Below, piece after piece: positions 51,230 through 63,859 of a DNA stretch of 64,000 nt (positions within the stretch are counted from its first letter, which is position 1; each line of letters begins with the position of its first letter). Source of the DNA: Octopus bimaculoides (lineage: Eukaryota); the NCBI RefSeq assembly GCF_001194135.2, contig NC_068981.1:20901715-20965714 (forward strand). The letters are read 5' to 3'. The notes beneath the pieces were generated by a model. It saw nothing but the letters and a program-made list of their open reading frames with translations, made no database searches and had not been told where the DNA came from. The translations under genes were made by a program, and so were the position numbers.

Positions 51230-53190
51230 ACTACATATATATTGAGTAAATTTGAATTAGATACCAGTTCCATTAGAACCTAATTTAAATAAATACAGAA
51301 TTATCAGGTTTCCACCATTTAAACCTGTACTGCTAAATTTAAATGCATATAGTAATACAAATATTCCAGTCATAGGAAAATACCCATTAAATATTTAAAT
51401 TAGAACTAAGCAATCACAAAACTTAAAAGCTAATGTAAATGATTCTGAAAGGGATTTCAATCTATTCAAGATTAAAAATATTTAAATATCCATGCACGAT
51501 AATGTGGACAATGCAAATGATTCAAATATAAAAAGCAAAACCGACAATCTATGTACAAAGTATTCCAAAACATTTTTTTCATCTGGTTGAAGGCACTGTG
51601 TGTAAATACAAACCATAATTTGACTGTGTCCAGATAAAAAGCCAATATATTTTCAAAGGCCAAATTGGCGAAAGAAGATTTAGAACATCAAGTATCAAAT
51701 GGTACATTAGAACTAACAGATTAAAGCTACTGAGCTGCCCCAATTTGGATATGTTATATGGATATTGAGCAGTAAAGTTTTGAATCTATGGTGATTTTAA
51801 AATCATTGCAAACATGCTGAATAAGATTCCCACTCAAAACCCAGGCATGATAAATTATTCCACAGCTTGAAAGGTGGGAAAAACTTCAGCATAGTCGATT
51901 TAACCCTTTCGTTACTAACCCGGCCATAGCCGGCCGAAAATTTTTTTGGTTCATAAGACTAACCCGGCCGTAGCCGGCCGAGCATATCCATTGTTATTTA
52001 AATGTATATTTGAACCCAAATTTCGTTAGTACATTCGTTCAAACACCTGATTTCACTTTGCAAACAGCTGAGTTATTGTCTCTGACATTATTTGGCGTGA
52101 TATTTGAACTCAGTGAATTTTGGAAGATTTTTCCCCACATTTTTTGCGGCGTTAATTTTTTTCAACTTTGAAGATGGAGAGGAGTTTCATGCTATCAAGC
52201 AGTGATTCCGAATTTGAAGGTTTTTCAACAGAAGATATGGAGATATCGAGGAAAAGAANNNNNNNNNNNNNNNNNNNNNNNNNNNNNNNNNNNNNNNNNN
52301 NNNNNNNNNNNNNNNNNNNNNNNNNNNNNNNNNNNNNNNNNNNNNNNNNNNNNNNNNNNNNNNNTGAGGAAACAGGGTCTACCCATAGTCTTTCTCAGGA
52401 AGTGAAACCTTTAGACTTCTTTTTCATGCTTGTTTGAAATGATTACTGCGGAAACAAACCGTTACGCAGAATGTAAACAAACCGGAAAAAAAAGATAGGT
52501 TGTGGTTTCTTGCAACTGTAGATGAAATACGGGCATTTTTTGCCATAAATATTATTATGGGTATTAGACAATTACCTAGAATAACAAATTACTGGAGCGA
52601 TCAGGAACTTTTTGGTGATGAATATATTTCCAGTATTATGAACGAGTACGATTCGTGAAGCTGAACCAATATTTACATGTGAGAGACACTAGCAGCACCC
52701 CCCCCACCCAGTACGTGGAGAACTTAGAGACAAAAATTATACAATAGAATTGATTAAGAACCCTTTCTTTAATTATGTTCCAAATATCACATTAATATGT
52801 AGATAAATAAAAAATTACAGGTGTTTAATGAGACTAGTCTAAATTCATGATTATTTTAGAATTTAATTGAAACTCATGAGGGGTGTATTCTGGCCAGAAA
52901 TATAGTAACGAAAGGGTTAAAAGACACATATTTACAGATCAAATTAAATAAAATAATCACAAAAATGACATAAGGCTTGAGATTCCACACACAAAAACGT
53001 GAATTTTTTTTTTTCTCCAAAGAAGTCAAATATCTTAGTTATACCATTAATTTAACTGGGAAAAGATTATTTAAGAAGGGCATTGATGCTATTAGAAAAT
53101 TTTCAATTCCAAAAAATGTAAATGAGGTATTACTATTTGTTTTACTCATAAAAAACTTGGCAAATCTTACAGTACTCTTGTATAATTTAA

Positions 53191-53235
<45 letters not shown>

Positions 53236-53300
53236 ACTAGATGATTATCGATGTAAAACAGTAAGTATCCTATGTAAGACAGTAAGAAAGACACTTAAGT
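51230..53300 (+). mobile_element. Ty3/gypsy pol remnant (protease, RT, RT thumb) interrupted by the piggyBac
   Basis: FELDTSS protease-like motif at about 51250; KAKLAKEDLE..GTLELTD...AAPIW before the insertion; IVDL|KDTYLQIKL across it; EVKYLSYTINLTG...IDAIRKFSIPKNVNEV after it. No LTRs seen. Confidence 0.8.
51904..52916 (+). mobile_element. piggyBac internal-deletion derivative (1013 bp including a 106-N gap)
   Basis: TTAA TSDs at 51900-3 and 52917-20; perfect 14-bp TIR CCCTTTCGTTACTA; acidic N-terminus SSSDSEFEGFS; frameshifted PLDFF...ETNRYA...W..TVDEIRAFFAINIIMGIRQLPRITNYWS...RFVKLNQYLHV; no DDD core. Confidence 0.93.
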
Positions 53301-53619
53301 TGACTTTTGAATTCCTTTAGAAATATGAGATTTTAAAATTTCTATCTCAAGGGTTTTATTTTCCATATTATCTCTTTCCATCTAAGTGTTATGCTTAAAT
53401 GTTTAACAGTTGTTCAAGAAATACCGTAGTTTTACTTTCAAGATCAATTTCAAACTAATTTAGCAATAGTTTCATGAAGGTACAGTATGAATTTTAATTA
53501 GGTATCATACATCACTATAAAGTTTACAGAGTAATTGAAAGAAAAAGCTAGCTAGATGTTTATATGCAATGTGTCTTTCCAGCCTCCTATTCCATCTCAC
53601 CCACTCATGCAACTTCTTT

Positions 53620-55900
53620 TAATGATCTACTTGATTTCCTCCCCATCAACAAGCTGTCATACATATATGTAGGGGTGTATAATGAGTACATATACATGTA
53701 CAGTGGTTTTTTTAAAGATCTCTTAGTGCCTAAATGAACTAGTGGTACAATGAAAGGTAGGTCTGGAGAGATTGGAGAAATGCTAGAGTGACAGTGCAGA
53801 ACATGTACAGTGCGCAAAAAGATGGAGGGGAACCTAAGCCAAATTCCTCATGGGCAAGGAACAAAGGTAATAAATTCTTTTGGGTAGGTAGTAATGAGGA
53901 TGTGGGTTGGGAAGGCATACTATTGGCAGAGAGATGTATGATAGGAAAGTGAAATTCAACTAGTCTTGGTTAATGTGACCGTGACATTTATTTTGTATAT
54001 GTTTCACAATCTGGACAGGCAGATAAACAGAACTGTTTCTATGAGGTTCTCATGCTTGTTAACTTGATGACAAATGATGATGGTAACATGGCTGGTAACT
54101 TCAACAGACATGTTTAACATGATATACATGGAAGTTTTAGCTTTGGCTCAAGGAACAAAGAGGGAAAAAGTTACTAAAGTTCTGTGGCTCTAATGACTTG
54201 ATAATCTGCAACACTAACTTTAGGCAATCAGCCAGCCAGGTAGACTTCATCCTCTCTAGGAAATGAGACAAAGAGATGGTTGTGAGGTTGAAGTCTTTCT
54301 CTGTTGAAAAATATATAACCTAACATCAATTTGTGGTTAGTGACTTTAGGTTTAGAGCTAAGGACTAAGAAGCAGAAATCAATTTGGAAGTGGCAGATAT
54401 CGAAGCTCAAAGATTTAGCATACAGTCAGAAATTTAGTAGTAGTTGATAGAGAGTAAGGAGATAGAAACTTACAGCATAGAGGACAACTGGAAGTTCTTA
54501 TGGGGCAACCAGCTGAGGGCCACATACCAATTTGTGATTAGTGCAAGGTCCCAGCCAGATCTTGAAAGTGACGTGGTGGTGGAACAGTGAGGTAGACAGA
54601 GCTATAACAACAAAGACTGAAAGAATTGGGACAGCACAGAATAATAGCAGGTAGCTAGAAGGTTTACATAGCAAAGAGAAAAGTGGAACATGAGAGGTTT
54701 GTCAATGTTCTATGACATGAAGATCAAAGGCAGTGTACCAGAGAAAACCATGAGGATGAGAAGTATGTATGAATGGATAATAGTACACTTACTCTTAGTG
54801 TTTCTGACAATAAAGGAACATAAAAGTACAACTAAGAAAGATTATTAAATGTGGAGAATGCATGGAAGAAAGAAGGCCTTCACTGCATGGATCCAACAAA
54901 GGAATAGGCCAATCTAGACAACAGTATGATAAAGCAAAGATATGAAGGCAGAGAAAGCTCCTAATCTATCAGCGCTGAGATGCTTAAAATATCTGGAGGA
55001 GTCGAAAATAGTCATCTGCATAGTCAGGCTGTACAAGGTGTCATACCTAATGAATAATGTAGGAGAATCATAGTCAACTGTTACAATGGCAAAGAGGTTG
55101 CTTTAAAGGAGTAGTTACAGGGATATTAAATTGTTGGATTAGGTCATGAAAGTTAACGAAAAGTTAGAGTTCAACTGATTTAAGAGAGTATTAGCATAGA
55201 TGGGATGCTGTTCGGGTTAGTTCTAGTACTATTGATGGCATTTTGTTTCTAGTGAGTCAACTGAAGGAAAAGTACTTTATTTGATGGCATATAAGTCACA
55301 CCTAATCCTACACGTGAAGTTGTACATAGATGATGTGCACTAAAACCTTTCTTTCCTGAATATGTGCTGCTGGGAGTGTGTTTTGTATGCCACCAAATAC
55401 AATATTTAGCTAAGAGTAAGACTAAAAGTAGTATTTGTCAATACTACATTCAGTGATCTGGTGGGCATTGAGGAAGCTGGGAGAAGATGAATGACCATGC
55501 AAATCAGATACATAAGTAATGCAGTGGAATCAAGGACAGGCTAACAGAGAAAGCAGATTTTGTATGTGGTAGATGTGCAAAAACAAGAAACACTACGAGT
55601 GTATGGGAAATATATGCTCTCAATTACCCAAGAAAGTCCCTAATGGTAGTAGAATTTTTGTTACATAGGTGACATAATTAGTGGCAGTAAAGGATGTTCT
55701 GAAAATATGGCAGCTAGAGAAAGTCCAAGGAGCTACAACCTTTGTTGGTAACAAAAGGTTTCTCTCAGTGTGAAAAGCAAACTGTATGATGTCTCTGTAC
55801 TGACTGAAATGCTACATAGTAGTGAGACAGGGATCCTGGATGCAGAGGAGTTGCAAAGACTAGATGGAGATGAAGCAAGCATGCTCTACTAGATGTGCAA
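53620..55900 (+). mobile_element. Fragmented RTE LINE (endonuclease and RT remnants)
   Basis: QVDFILSRK...HQFVVSDF (EN), YNGKEVALKE..QGY.IV (RT start) and downstream MLHSSET-like pieces; many stops and insertions. Confidence 0.7.
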
Positions 55901-57429
55901 GACTGTTAGTTGGATAGCTGTTTAAAGAAGTGCTAATTACTTTTAGAAGATGGAATCTGTGAAAGGAGATTCAAATCTATAACTGCTTAGACTCTTGCAA
56001 CCATTAACCCTACTCATCATCTCCCTATCATTCAATCCCTCCATCACTCTCCTGTCTACTGTAAGTAATGAAATTAGAATATACGAATCATTTCATATTG
56101 CCATTTCTACACCACCACCAATCACTCATTCTCCTCTGAGTTACTCTCAACAGTCATCTAACATTCTTATCGACTCCACTCAGATTTACCATTAATCACC
56201 CTCATCCTTAATCACAATTCACTAAATTCACTTCCCATATATATCTGACCATCTCCACCCCATAATATCCATCTCTCACTCTCTCCTCACACTCCTGTAA
56301 CTCTTGCTGATTTTCCTGTCTTCTATTTACCTTCTTGGACAGGTTATCTTGAGGTTATGTTCTGGCACCTCTCTCCGTTACATTTACTTCTATTTACCCC
56401 AACCAACCATATAACAAACCTGTTTCTACTCCTCCCATGATACATTAACTTCTCAACACATTGCATAAAATGACCACTCTATCTCTTTTACTCTCTCCCA
56501 GGCAAAGGGGCTCTTTAGTTTTGCAAGTTACAAGGCAACCCACTAGTGTTATCCTTACATCATATATCTTGCTAGTGCTGTTGCTACAATAAAATTCACC
56601 CAGTATACTCTGTAAAGTGTTTGGTAAATATCTTTGCTAAAGGACATGACAACCTCCCAAGCACTGGAATCATAAAAATGTATCCAGTACACTCTGTAAA
56701 AAGGCATCCAGCCATAGAAACTAAGCCAAGAATGAAATGTATGCAGGGGATATGGACCTCAGGCCTATTTACAAGGGTAGTTGAATAAGAGCTTACTAAA
56801 ACCATGATGACCCATCCTACCCATGCTAGCATGAAGAGCAGATGTAAAAGATGACATATTGACATAAAGGAATTATATCACTGCCATCATCATCATCATC
56901 AAATGTTTTTTTTTCCATGCTGGCATGGAGTGGATAAAGTTACAGGAGTGTGAGGAAAGAGTGACAGATGGATATCATGGGGTAGAAGTGATCAGGTGTA
57001 TATGAGAAGTGAGTGTAGTGAATTGTGATTAGGGACGGGGATAATTAATGGTAAATTTGAGTGGGAGGGTCAATAAGAATGATGGGAGTGTTATATGAGA
57101 GTAGCTCAGAGAAGATTAAGTGGTGATTGGTGATACAAAAATTGCAATATGCACACACAGAGAATAAATATAAATCCTTCATCCGCTTCAGTTTGAATGT
57201 ATTTACATAGGTGGAATAATATCAAGTAAAACATGAGACCATATCAAGAATGGCTATTTTCTAACAACCCAATTGAAGCTTTGAATAAAGGGTGTGTATG
57301 TGTGGACAAAGTGGATATATATACAAAGAACTAAAAGTTAGGTTTACAAGAGAGGAAATAGTTGAAATTCCTGAGGGCATGAAATAGAGGATTACAAATA
57401 TGAGAACTGGGGTGGTAATTGTTTGGCTA

Positions 57430-58835
57430 CACTTTTTAAGATGTCTGTGTTTAATTTTCATATTTAAATCGATAGTTCTGAGGATTTAAAGATGATGTGC
57501 AGAATATAGCAATGGCAAAGGTGTCAAGAGGAGGAATTAATAGTCAAGAAGGGAAAATCTATGAAGTTTACAACAATAAATGGTAGAACCAATATTTGTG
57601 ATACCTAAAATGAGAGATTACTGAAATGAAAAGAAATAGTAAATAATATAAAGTGTTTCAGAAGAAGAATTAAAGTGTTTTTTAATTTACTATGCCTGAA
57701 TTTATTTAGAACACCACAGAGTGGACAAATATAAACAACCTCATCTCATAGTTATTCAGAAACTTAGTGTAAATAAGTAGTTTGTGAGAAGTATGCAAAC
57801 CATGTACAGAAATGCTGACAGCAAAGTGACGGTTAGAAATGAGTTCAGTAAATATAATGTACAAGCAAATATCCATAAAAGCTTTATTCTTTAGTCAACT
57901 CCTGTTTATCATACTTTTGTTGGTTAAATCAGAAGAATTCAGCACTCGCTGCCCATGGGAATTCTTGTATGATGATGACCTAATTCTCAAAGTAAAATCA
58001 ATCAATGAATAGAGGCAAAGTTCCAAACATGAAAGCAGAGTCTAGAAATGATGAGGTGTAAAAATAAATCCAGTAGAGACAAAAGGTTTAGTGAGAGAGA
58101 TAGATAGATAGATAGATAGATAGAGAGAGAATTCTACTACCATCTGGAAAGTGGTCATGCCTTATATGCATAAAAGATATAGGCAGGTATTCTATATGAG
58201 CCTATTGTTGTGCACAAGAGATGCAATGGGATTGCAGGTGGGCTAACCGAGAACTTTATTGGCAGTAGATGCACAAGAGTAGTTAGCAATAAGAGCATTA
58301 GTAAAATTATTTTTTTTAAATGATCAGAAGGCTTCCTAGAAGTATTTGACAGCTTCTAGAAGACCTTATCAGCAATGGCAGTGGATGTAGGAAAAAAAAA
58401 AAATCAGTGTACATTTTCTAACAAACTAATTGTCTTTCTAGGTGGAAGTCAGTGAATATTTGTAAATGAAGTGTGATATTGGATGGAAATGAAACATAGG
58501 CAGAAGATATGTGAAAGCTGGAAAAATACAAGCTGAACATGTTCCAAAGGATGCACAAATGAACTGTGAGAGAAATGGGGTATAAGTATTATCTCTTATG
58601 AGCAAGAGAGAAGACTAAGTAGTACAGACATGCAAAAGATATGAAGGATAAGCAAAGAAGTACTAAACAACCCTAACAGAAGAAACCTGTGGAAGATGAA
58701 GATATGGGAAGAATTGGTGAAAGCTAAGCTTCACAAAGAGCAAAGAAGTGCAATGAATTAGTGAGACACTGTACTGGAGAAGACCTGCTCAACCCATGCA
58801 AGCATGGAAAAACAGAAGTAAACTGATGATGAACA
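57430..58835 (+). mobile_element. RTE LINE RT remnant, short-tail type
   Basis: CPWEFLYDDDLIL (YADD site) at about 57950; ends aacccatgcaagcatggaaaa...gatgatga. Confidence 0.8.
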
Positions 58836-58847
58836 GAATGAGATGTA

Positions 58848-59510
58848 ATCATCATCATCGTTTAATGTCCGTTTTCCCTGCTGGCATGGGTTGGATAGTT
58901 TGACTGAGGTCTGGAGAGCCAGTGGCTGCACCAGGCACCAATCTGATCTGGCAATGTTTCTACAGCTGGATGCCCTTCCTAACGCTAACCACACCGAGAG
59001 TGTAGTGGGTACTTTTTACATGCCACCGGCACAGGAGCCAGTCAGGTGGGCTTGGCATTGATCATGTTCGGATAGTACTTTTTACATGCCACTGGCACGG
59101 GGGGCAGTCAGGCAGTCCTGGCATTGATCATGTTCAGATAGTGCTTTTTATGTGCCACCAACATGGGGGATAGTCAGATGGTCCTGGCATCAATCATGCT
59201 CGGATAGTGCTTTTTAAATGCTACTGGCATGAGAGCCAATCAGGGGACTCTGGCATTGACCACGTTTGGATGATGCATTTTATGTGCCACCAGAATGGGG
59301 GCCAGTCAGAGGGCACTGGCCGCAGCTACGATTTTGGTTTTACTTGACTCAACAGGTTTTCTCAAGCATATCATATCGCCCGATGCATTGGGGGGGAAGG
59401 GGTATCTTAAATGGGCTGGACATGCAACACTGGCATCGGCCATGGTTGCGATCTCACTTTAGTTGCCATGTCTTCTCAATCACATCTTATCTCCAAAGGT
59501 CTCGGTAATG
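58848..59510 (-). mobile_element. RTE-derived 3' end with five 66-bp tandem units
   Basis: catcatcatcgtttaatgtcc tail, conserved UTR, units starting at 59012, 59078, 59144, 59210 and 59276. Confidence 0.85.
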
Positions 59511-59912
59511 TTTTTATTAATTAGGAAGTGCAAGTTGAAGTGGTCAAACAGTCAAGACAAAAGGATATAGTGGGAGTGGGGCATGGTGGGGGAGAAAGGA
59601 TATAAGAAATCCTGAACAAAGTGTTGTACTTTTATCAAATTTACTTGGTTATAAAGGTAGAGAAAAAAAAAAAAAAAAAGAAGAGTTAATGGTGGAATGC
59701 CAATTTGGAAAATAGCCAGGTAGTTTAGTAGTTCACAGCAGTGAGCTTGACTTCTATAAAAGAGCAGCTAATGCAAACAGTGGAATTGATGGAATATTTT
59801 TTCAAAACTGTTTTTACAATCAATTTTCTCTATGATTGAAATAATTTAATTTTTTCTACAAATATTTATATTTACATGGATTAAGAACTGTTTTACAATG
59901 ATATGCACTCAC

Positions 59913-59990
59913 CCTTGATTCTATGCATAGGTAATTGATTGGATGTCTTAATTCTAAAGTACCTAATTACAGCATTAAATATATTTCCCA
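59913..59990 (-). CDS. Weak candidate upstream exon (VGNIFNAVIRYFRIKTSNQLPMHRIK), possibly the RRM RNP2 half
   Basis: ctaat...tttgtcag acceptor, strong AAGG|gtgagt donor, 78 nt, phase 1-1, in frame with exon A; the residues after GNI do not resemble an RRM helix 1. Confidence 0.15.
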
Positions 59991-60296
59991 CTGACAAAGC
60001 TAATTAGTATCCTAGATGTGTTTCACTATATTGCCGAAATCAGCAAGAGCACAATCCACTTTTCTCAAACTAAAACAAAATTTATATTTCAGCTAAACCA
60101 ATTGAGTACTAATGACATATCTGAGATCATAAAACCAAGTCTGTAGCAGCTGTGAACATGTGTAACCTAGAAACTGTTACACATTGTATTGAATTTTGCT
60201 TACTATCAAAACTACAAATTTAAACTGATAAATTTAAAAAGAAATGATGAATGAATAAATCAAGGGGCAGGGATCACTAAGATTTAGCAGGAAAAG

Positions 60297-60664
60297 TGGA
60301 GGCGCAATGGCCCAGTGGTTAGGGCAGCGGACTCGCGGTTTCGATTCCCAGACCGGGCGTTGTGAGTGTTTACTGAGCAAAAACACCTAAAGCTCCACGA
60401 GGCTCCGGCAGGGGATGGTGGCGAACCCTGCTGTACTCTTTCACCACAACTTTCTCTCACCCTTACTTCCTGTTTCTGTTGTGCCTGTAATTCAAAGGAT
60501 CAGCCTTGTCACACTGTGTCACGCTGAATCTCCCCGAGAACTGTTAAGGGTACACGTGTCTGTGGAGTGCTCAGCCACTTGCACGTTAATTTCACGAGCA
60601 GGTGTTCCGTTGATTGGATCGACTAGAACCCTCGACGTCATAAGTGACGGAGTGCCAACAACAC
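60297..60664 (+). mobile_element. Young tRNA-derived SINE with (CAA)n tail; degenerate relative at 41498-41712
   Basis: A box TGGCCCAGTGG, B box GGTTTCGATTCCC, CpG-rich; 11-bp TSD agcaggaaaag at 60286 and 60665. Confidence 0.9.
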
Positions 60665-61254
60665 AGCAGGAAAAGGGCTGCAATAATGGCTGGAAATAGT
60701 GCATTTTGAAATATTTACTCCAAACATCTTAAGTCATTTACAACACCCTGTCTAGTATCTGGATATAATGACCACACATATGTTCTATTACTTTTAATGT
60801 TTATATCTGTAACCAGTGTTAAAGATGTAAACATTATAAGTATGGCTGTGTGGGGAAAGAGGTTTGTATCACAACTACATGGTTTCAGGTTCAGTCCCAC
60901 AGTATGGTACCTTGCACAAGTGTCTTCTACTATAATGATTTTGAAAGCCCTATCTAAGTGCTGCTCATGATTAAGGAGGAGTGTAGTATGGATGACATTT
61001 TGATATGAGTAGCATTTGCACTTTCTTGCTGTTGAAAAAGACTGGTATATTCCTATTGGAGGATGCTTTGAGGTCTTTATTTATGAAGGCAGTTTAAGTT
61101 TAGCATGTGGTGCCTAGATTGTAAGTAGATATTACATGGTTGGAGAATGTTAGGAAGGAATGAGAGTTGCCAGTGCTATGAATTTGGACATCTAAGACAC
61201 ACACACAGACACATCTTACTTGTTACACTATTAAGCCTTGCCCCTCCTTCACAG

Positions 61255-61311
<57 letters not shown>

Positions 61312-61449
61312 TTGATTATGGCTCATGAGTAAATGGGGGAATAAATAGCAAATCAGCCATTTGGAGGAAATTATAACAATGTATAAACATAGAAAACCAT
61401 TCACATCTTTATTCCAGATGTAGGAAATGGACACAAGCCAATCTGAGTG

Positions 61450-63420
61450 TCACTGGAAAATCCTCCTCTACTTTTCTTTTTAGGTTCAAAATTTTAGACA
61501 TACTGTTTATTGTACCAGCAATAAACAATAGGTCAAGTGAGCTTGCAGAAATTCCACAGTGTAGATGAGTGGATGTTGTGTGCAAGAGTTAAGATGGACA
61601 GGTACCTCAGTCAAACTCCTCACTGGTGTATAACTTCTGTATAAGACAGTTCAAGAAATGACGAGGGATCAAGACTCAGAGTTCTGTGATACAAATGATC
61701 TCATGATATGCAACACAAACTTCAGGTAACTATCCAGCGGGTAAAAATCCAGATAGCTTTTACTCTCACTAGAAAGCAAGACAAATGCTTAATGATAAAT
61801 GCCAAATTTTTCCCAGCTGATGAATGTACCTCCCAATGTAGACTGGTGGTTAGTAACTTCAAAATAAGGATTGCTCAACTTCAGAAACAAAATACAATTT
61901 GGAGGAGGCAAAAGAGGCATGTAACAGAGCAAATCTGGCAGTTTTTATGGGCAATATGCTGGAAGTTACAGATCAGAACTGTGGTTAGTGCATGGTCCCA
62001 GCCAGATGCAAGTTACATGCTTGTAGAACAGTGACAATAACAAAGAGACAGGTTTGGAAAAACTACAAGAGAGCAGGCAGCAGAGGAAAAAATGGCCCAA
62101 TTACTAAAAAAGAAGTGAAATATTAGGTATACACAGCAAAAGGAAATTGAGATGTTGAGGAGAAGTGTATATGGAATGATATGGGTACACGTGATCCCCC
62201 TCACTCACACACACACACAGATAAGAAAGAGGCACAAAGTGCAATGACGGGAGGCTGCTGAATATAAAGAATGCATGGGAGAGAGTGCCACACTATATAG
62301 ATAGAACAGAGGCCCCAGCCATCCAAGTTAATAGCAGTATGGTAGACACAGAAATAAAGAATATGAAGGTAGGGAAAGCAGCTCCGCCACCAGGGATAGT
62401 TGCCGTCATTCTTAAGATATCTGGCCAAGTAGGGTAGAGGATAATCACTGAAATAATAAATCAAGTAATACAGGAAGGCACTGCTTCTCCTTATCAACCC
62501 CCTCATCCTTTATCCTCACCACTTTAATTTTTAACTAATTCCCTGACACTACCATTCCCTTCCTCTCTCATTCATTGTCAAATGTTACAAGGGTAAAGGA
62601 GATGCCCCAGAGCAGTAGTTCCCAACCTGTGGTCTGCAGACCCCTGGTAGTCTGCAAAGGTAGTACTGGGGGTCAGTGAACTAAATTCAAAATTTTATAT
62701 ATATATGCATAAGGATAAGCATATTAAAAGGGGTCCTTGGTAGTGAAAAGGTTGGGAACCACTGCCCTAGAGAAAGGTAACTAAAGAGGAATCAAATTGT
62801 TGAACCAGGAAAGTTACAGAAAGGGTTGCAAAACTAAATAAGGAGAGGATTAGTCGAGATGAGATGCAGTTTGGCTTTGTCCAAGGAAGAGGCACCATTG
62901 ATGCTATAGTCCTTATGAAACAATGGCAAAAGGAATACATGACTTGGAATATACCACTAAACCTGGATCTAGGGATGGTTCTTGATAAGATCTCTCAAAC
63001 TGATTTGGTAGTCACTAAGAAAACTAAGAAAAGATGAGAGGTTTGTGATGGCCATACAAGCTATGTATGAAAGGACAGTTACCAAGGTGAGAATCAAGTT
63101 CAGGGATAAGTTGAGCATACAGTTGGGGGTACATGCTTCACTGGATGCACAATTTTAGTGTGCATGAATAACAAAGTATAAATGAACTGTGAGACAAACT
63201 GGATCTAAGAAGAATCAGATATAATTTGCAAGAGAGGAGACTGTGCTGATATGGGCATGCAATATGAACAGAGGATGAAAGTTGCATAAGCAATTGCTGA
63301 AGAGGGAGACCAAAGACTTGGAATGAGGTGGTAAAAAATAATCTTAAGGTGTTACATTTGATGAAAGAAATGACTGAAGACTGATAACAGACAATATATG
63401 ATGCTGCAGAAGACTGACCT
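61450..63420 (+). mobile_element. RTE LINE remnant (EN and RT) carrying the hAT MITE
   Basis: EFCDTNDLMICNTNFR, FFPADECTSQCRLVVSNF, CYKGKGDA|LEKGN.RGIKLL across the MITE. Confidence 0.8.
62613..62764. mobile_element. hAT (Charlie-like) MITE, 152 bp
   Basis: 16-bp TIR CAGTAGTTCCCAACCT / AGGTTGGGAACCACTG (1 mismatch); 8-bp TSD ccccagag / ccctagag with a CTAG core. Confidence 0.88.
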
Positions 63421-63429
63421 CCTATGCAA

Positions 63430-63830
63430 ACTTAGTGCATGCACCCCACTGTTACCTACTGCATTTTTTGTAGATGCTTTCCTACTAAACTACTGCCCAT
63501 ATTATATCATCACATCCCACTAATATCTATTCTAACTGCTCTGCCAGTTCTATACACTCTCTTCTCTACCCACTGTGCAATGACACCTATAACTGAGAAA
63601 AGAGTACTTGATTTGTGTGTACTGTATCATGAGAGTTGCCTGGATAGGAATTGCACCAGGGCAACATTTACCTGCCCTCTCTGACTCCGCTATCACCATG
63701 CACTGTTACTTCAAGATTATATCCTGGCCTTTTATCATTATCCTATCACTTCTCCACACCACTCAATCAACCTTAACACAAAGTGATACTGCTTCTCCTC
63801 AACCATCTCATTCTTAATCTTCACCACTTT
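63430..63830 (+). mobile_element. GIY-YIG-type (Penelope-like) 3' remnant with pyrimidine-rich tail. Related copies: 6290-6560, 45140-45780, 47450-47900, 55975-56500 (+) and 580-1000, 56940-57420 (-)
   Basis: VTYCIFCRCF and LPVLYTLFSTH here, PVSLSFNST at 45200 and LCIRD/PLGHFYCN at 47650-47740 resemble VIYCISC..C..LYIGE...PVARHFNS. Confidence 0.5.
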
Positions 63831-63859
63831 ATATATATATATATATAATTATATATAAA

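Noticed and set aside
60298-60360. tRNA gene
   Set aside because: No complete cloverleaf; it continues into a SINE body and is flanked by a TSD.
60715-60900. SNRTYVWSLYPDT as a possible RNP2 exon
   Set aside because: The available donor (GA|gtaaat) is phase 2 and incompatible with exon A, similarity is weak, and the ORF start lies in a SINE.
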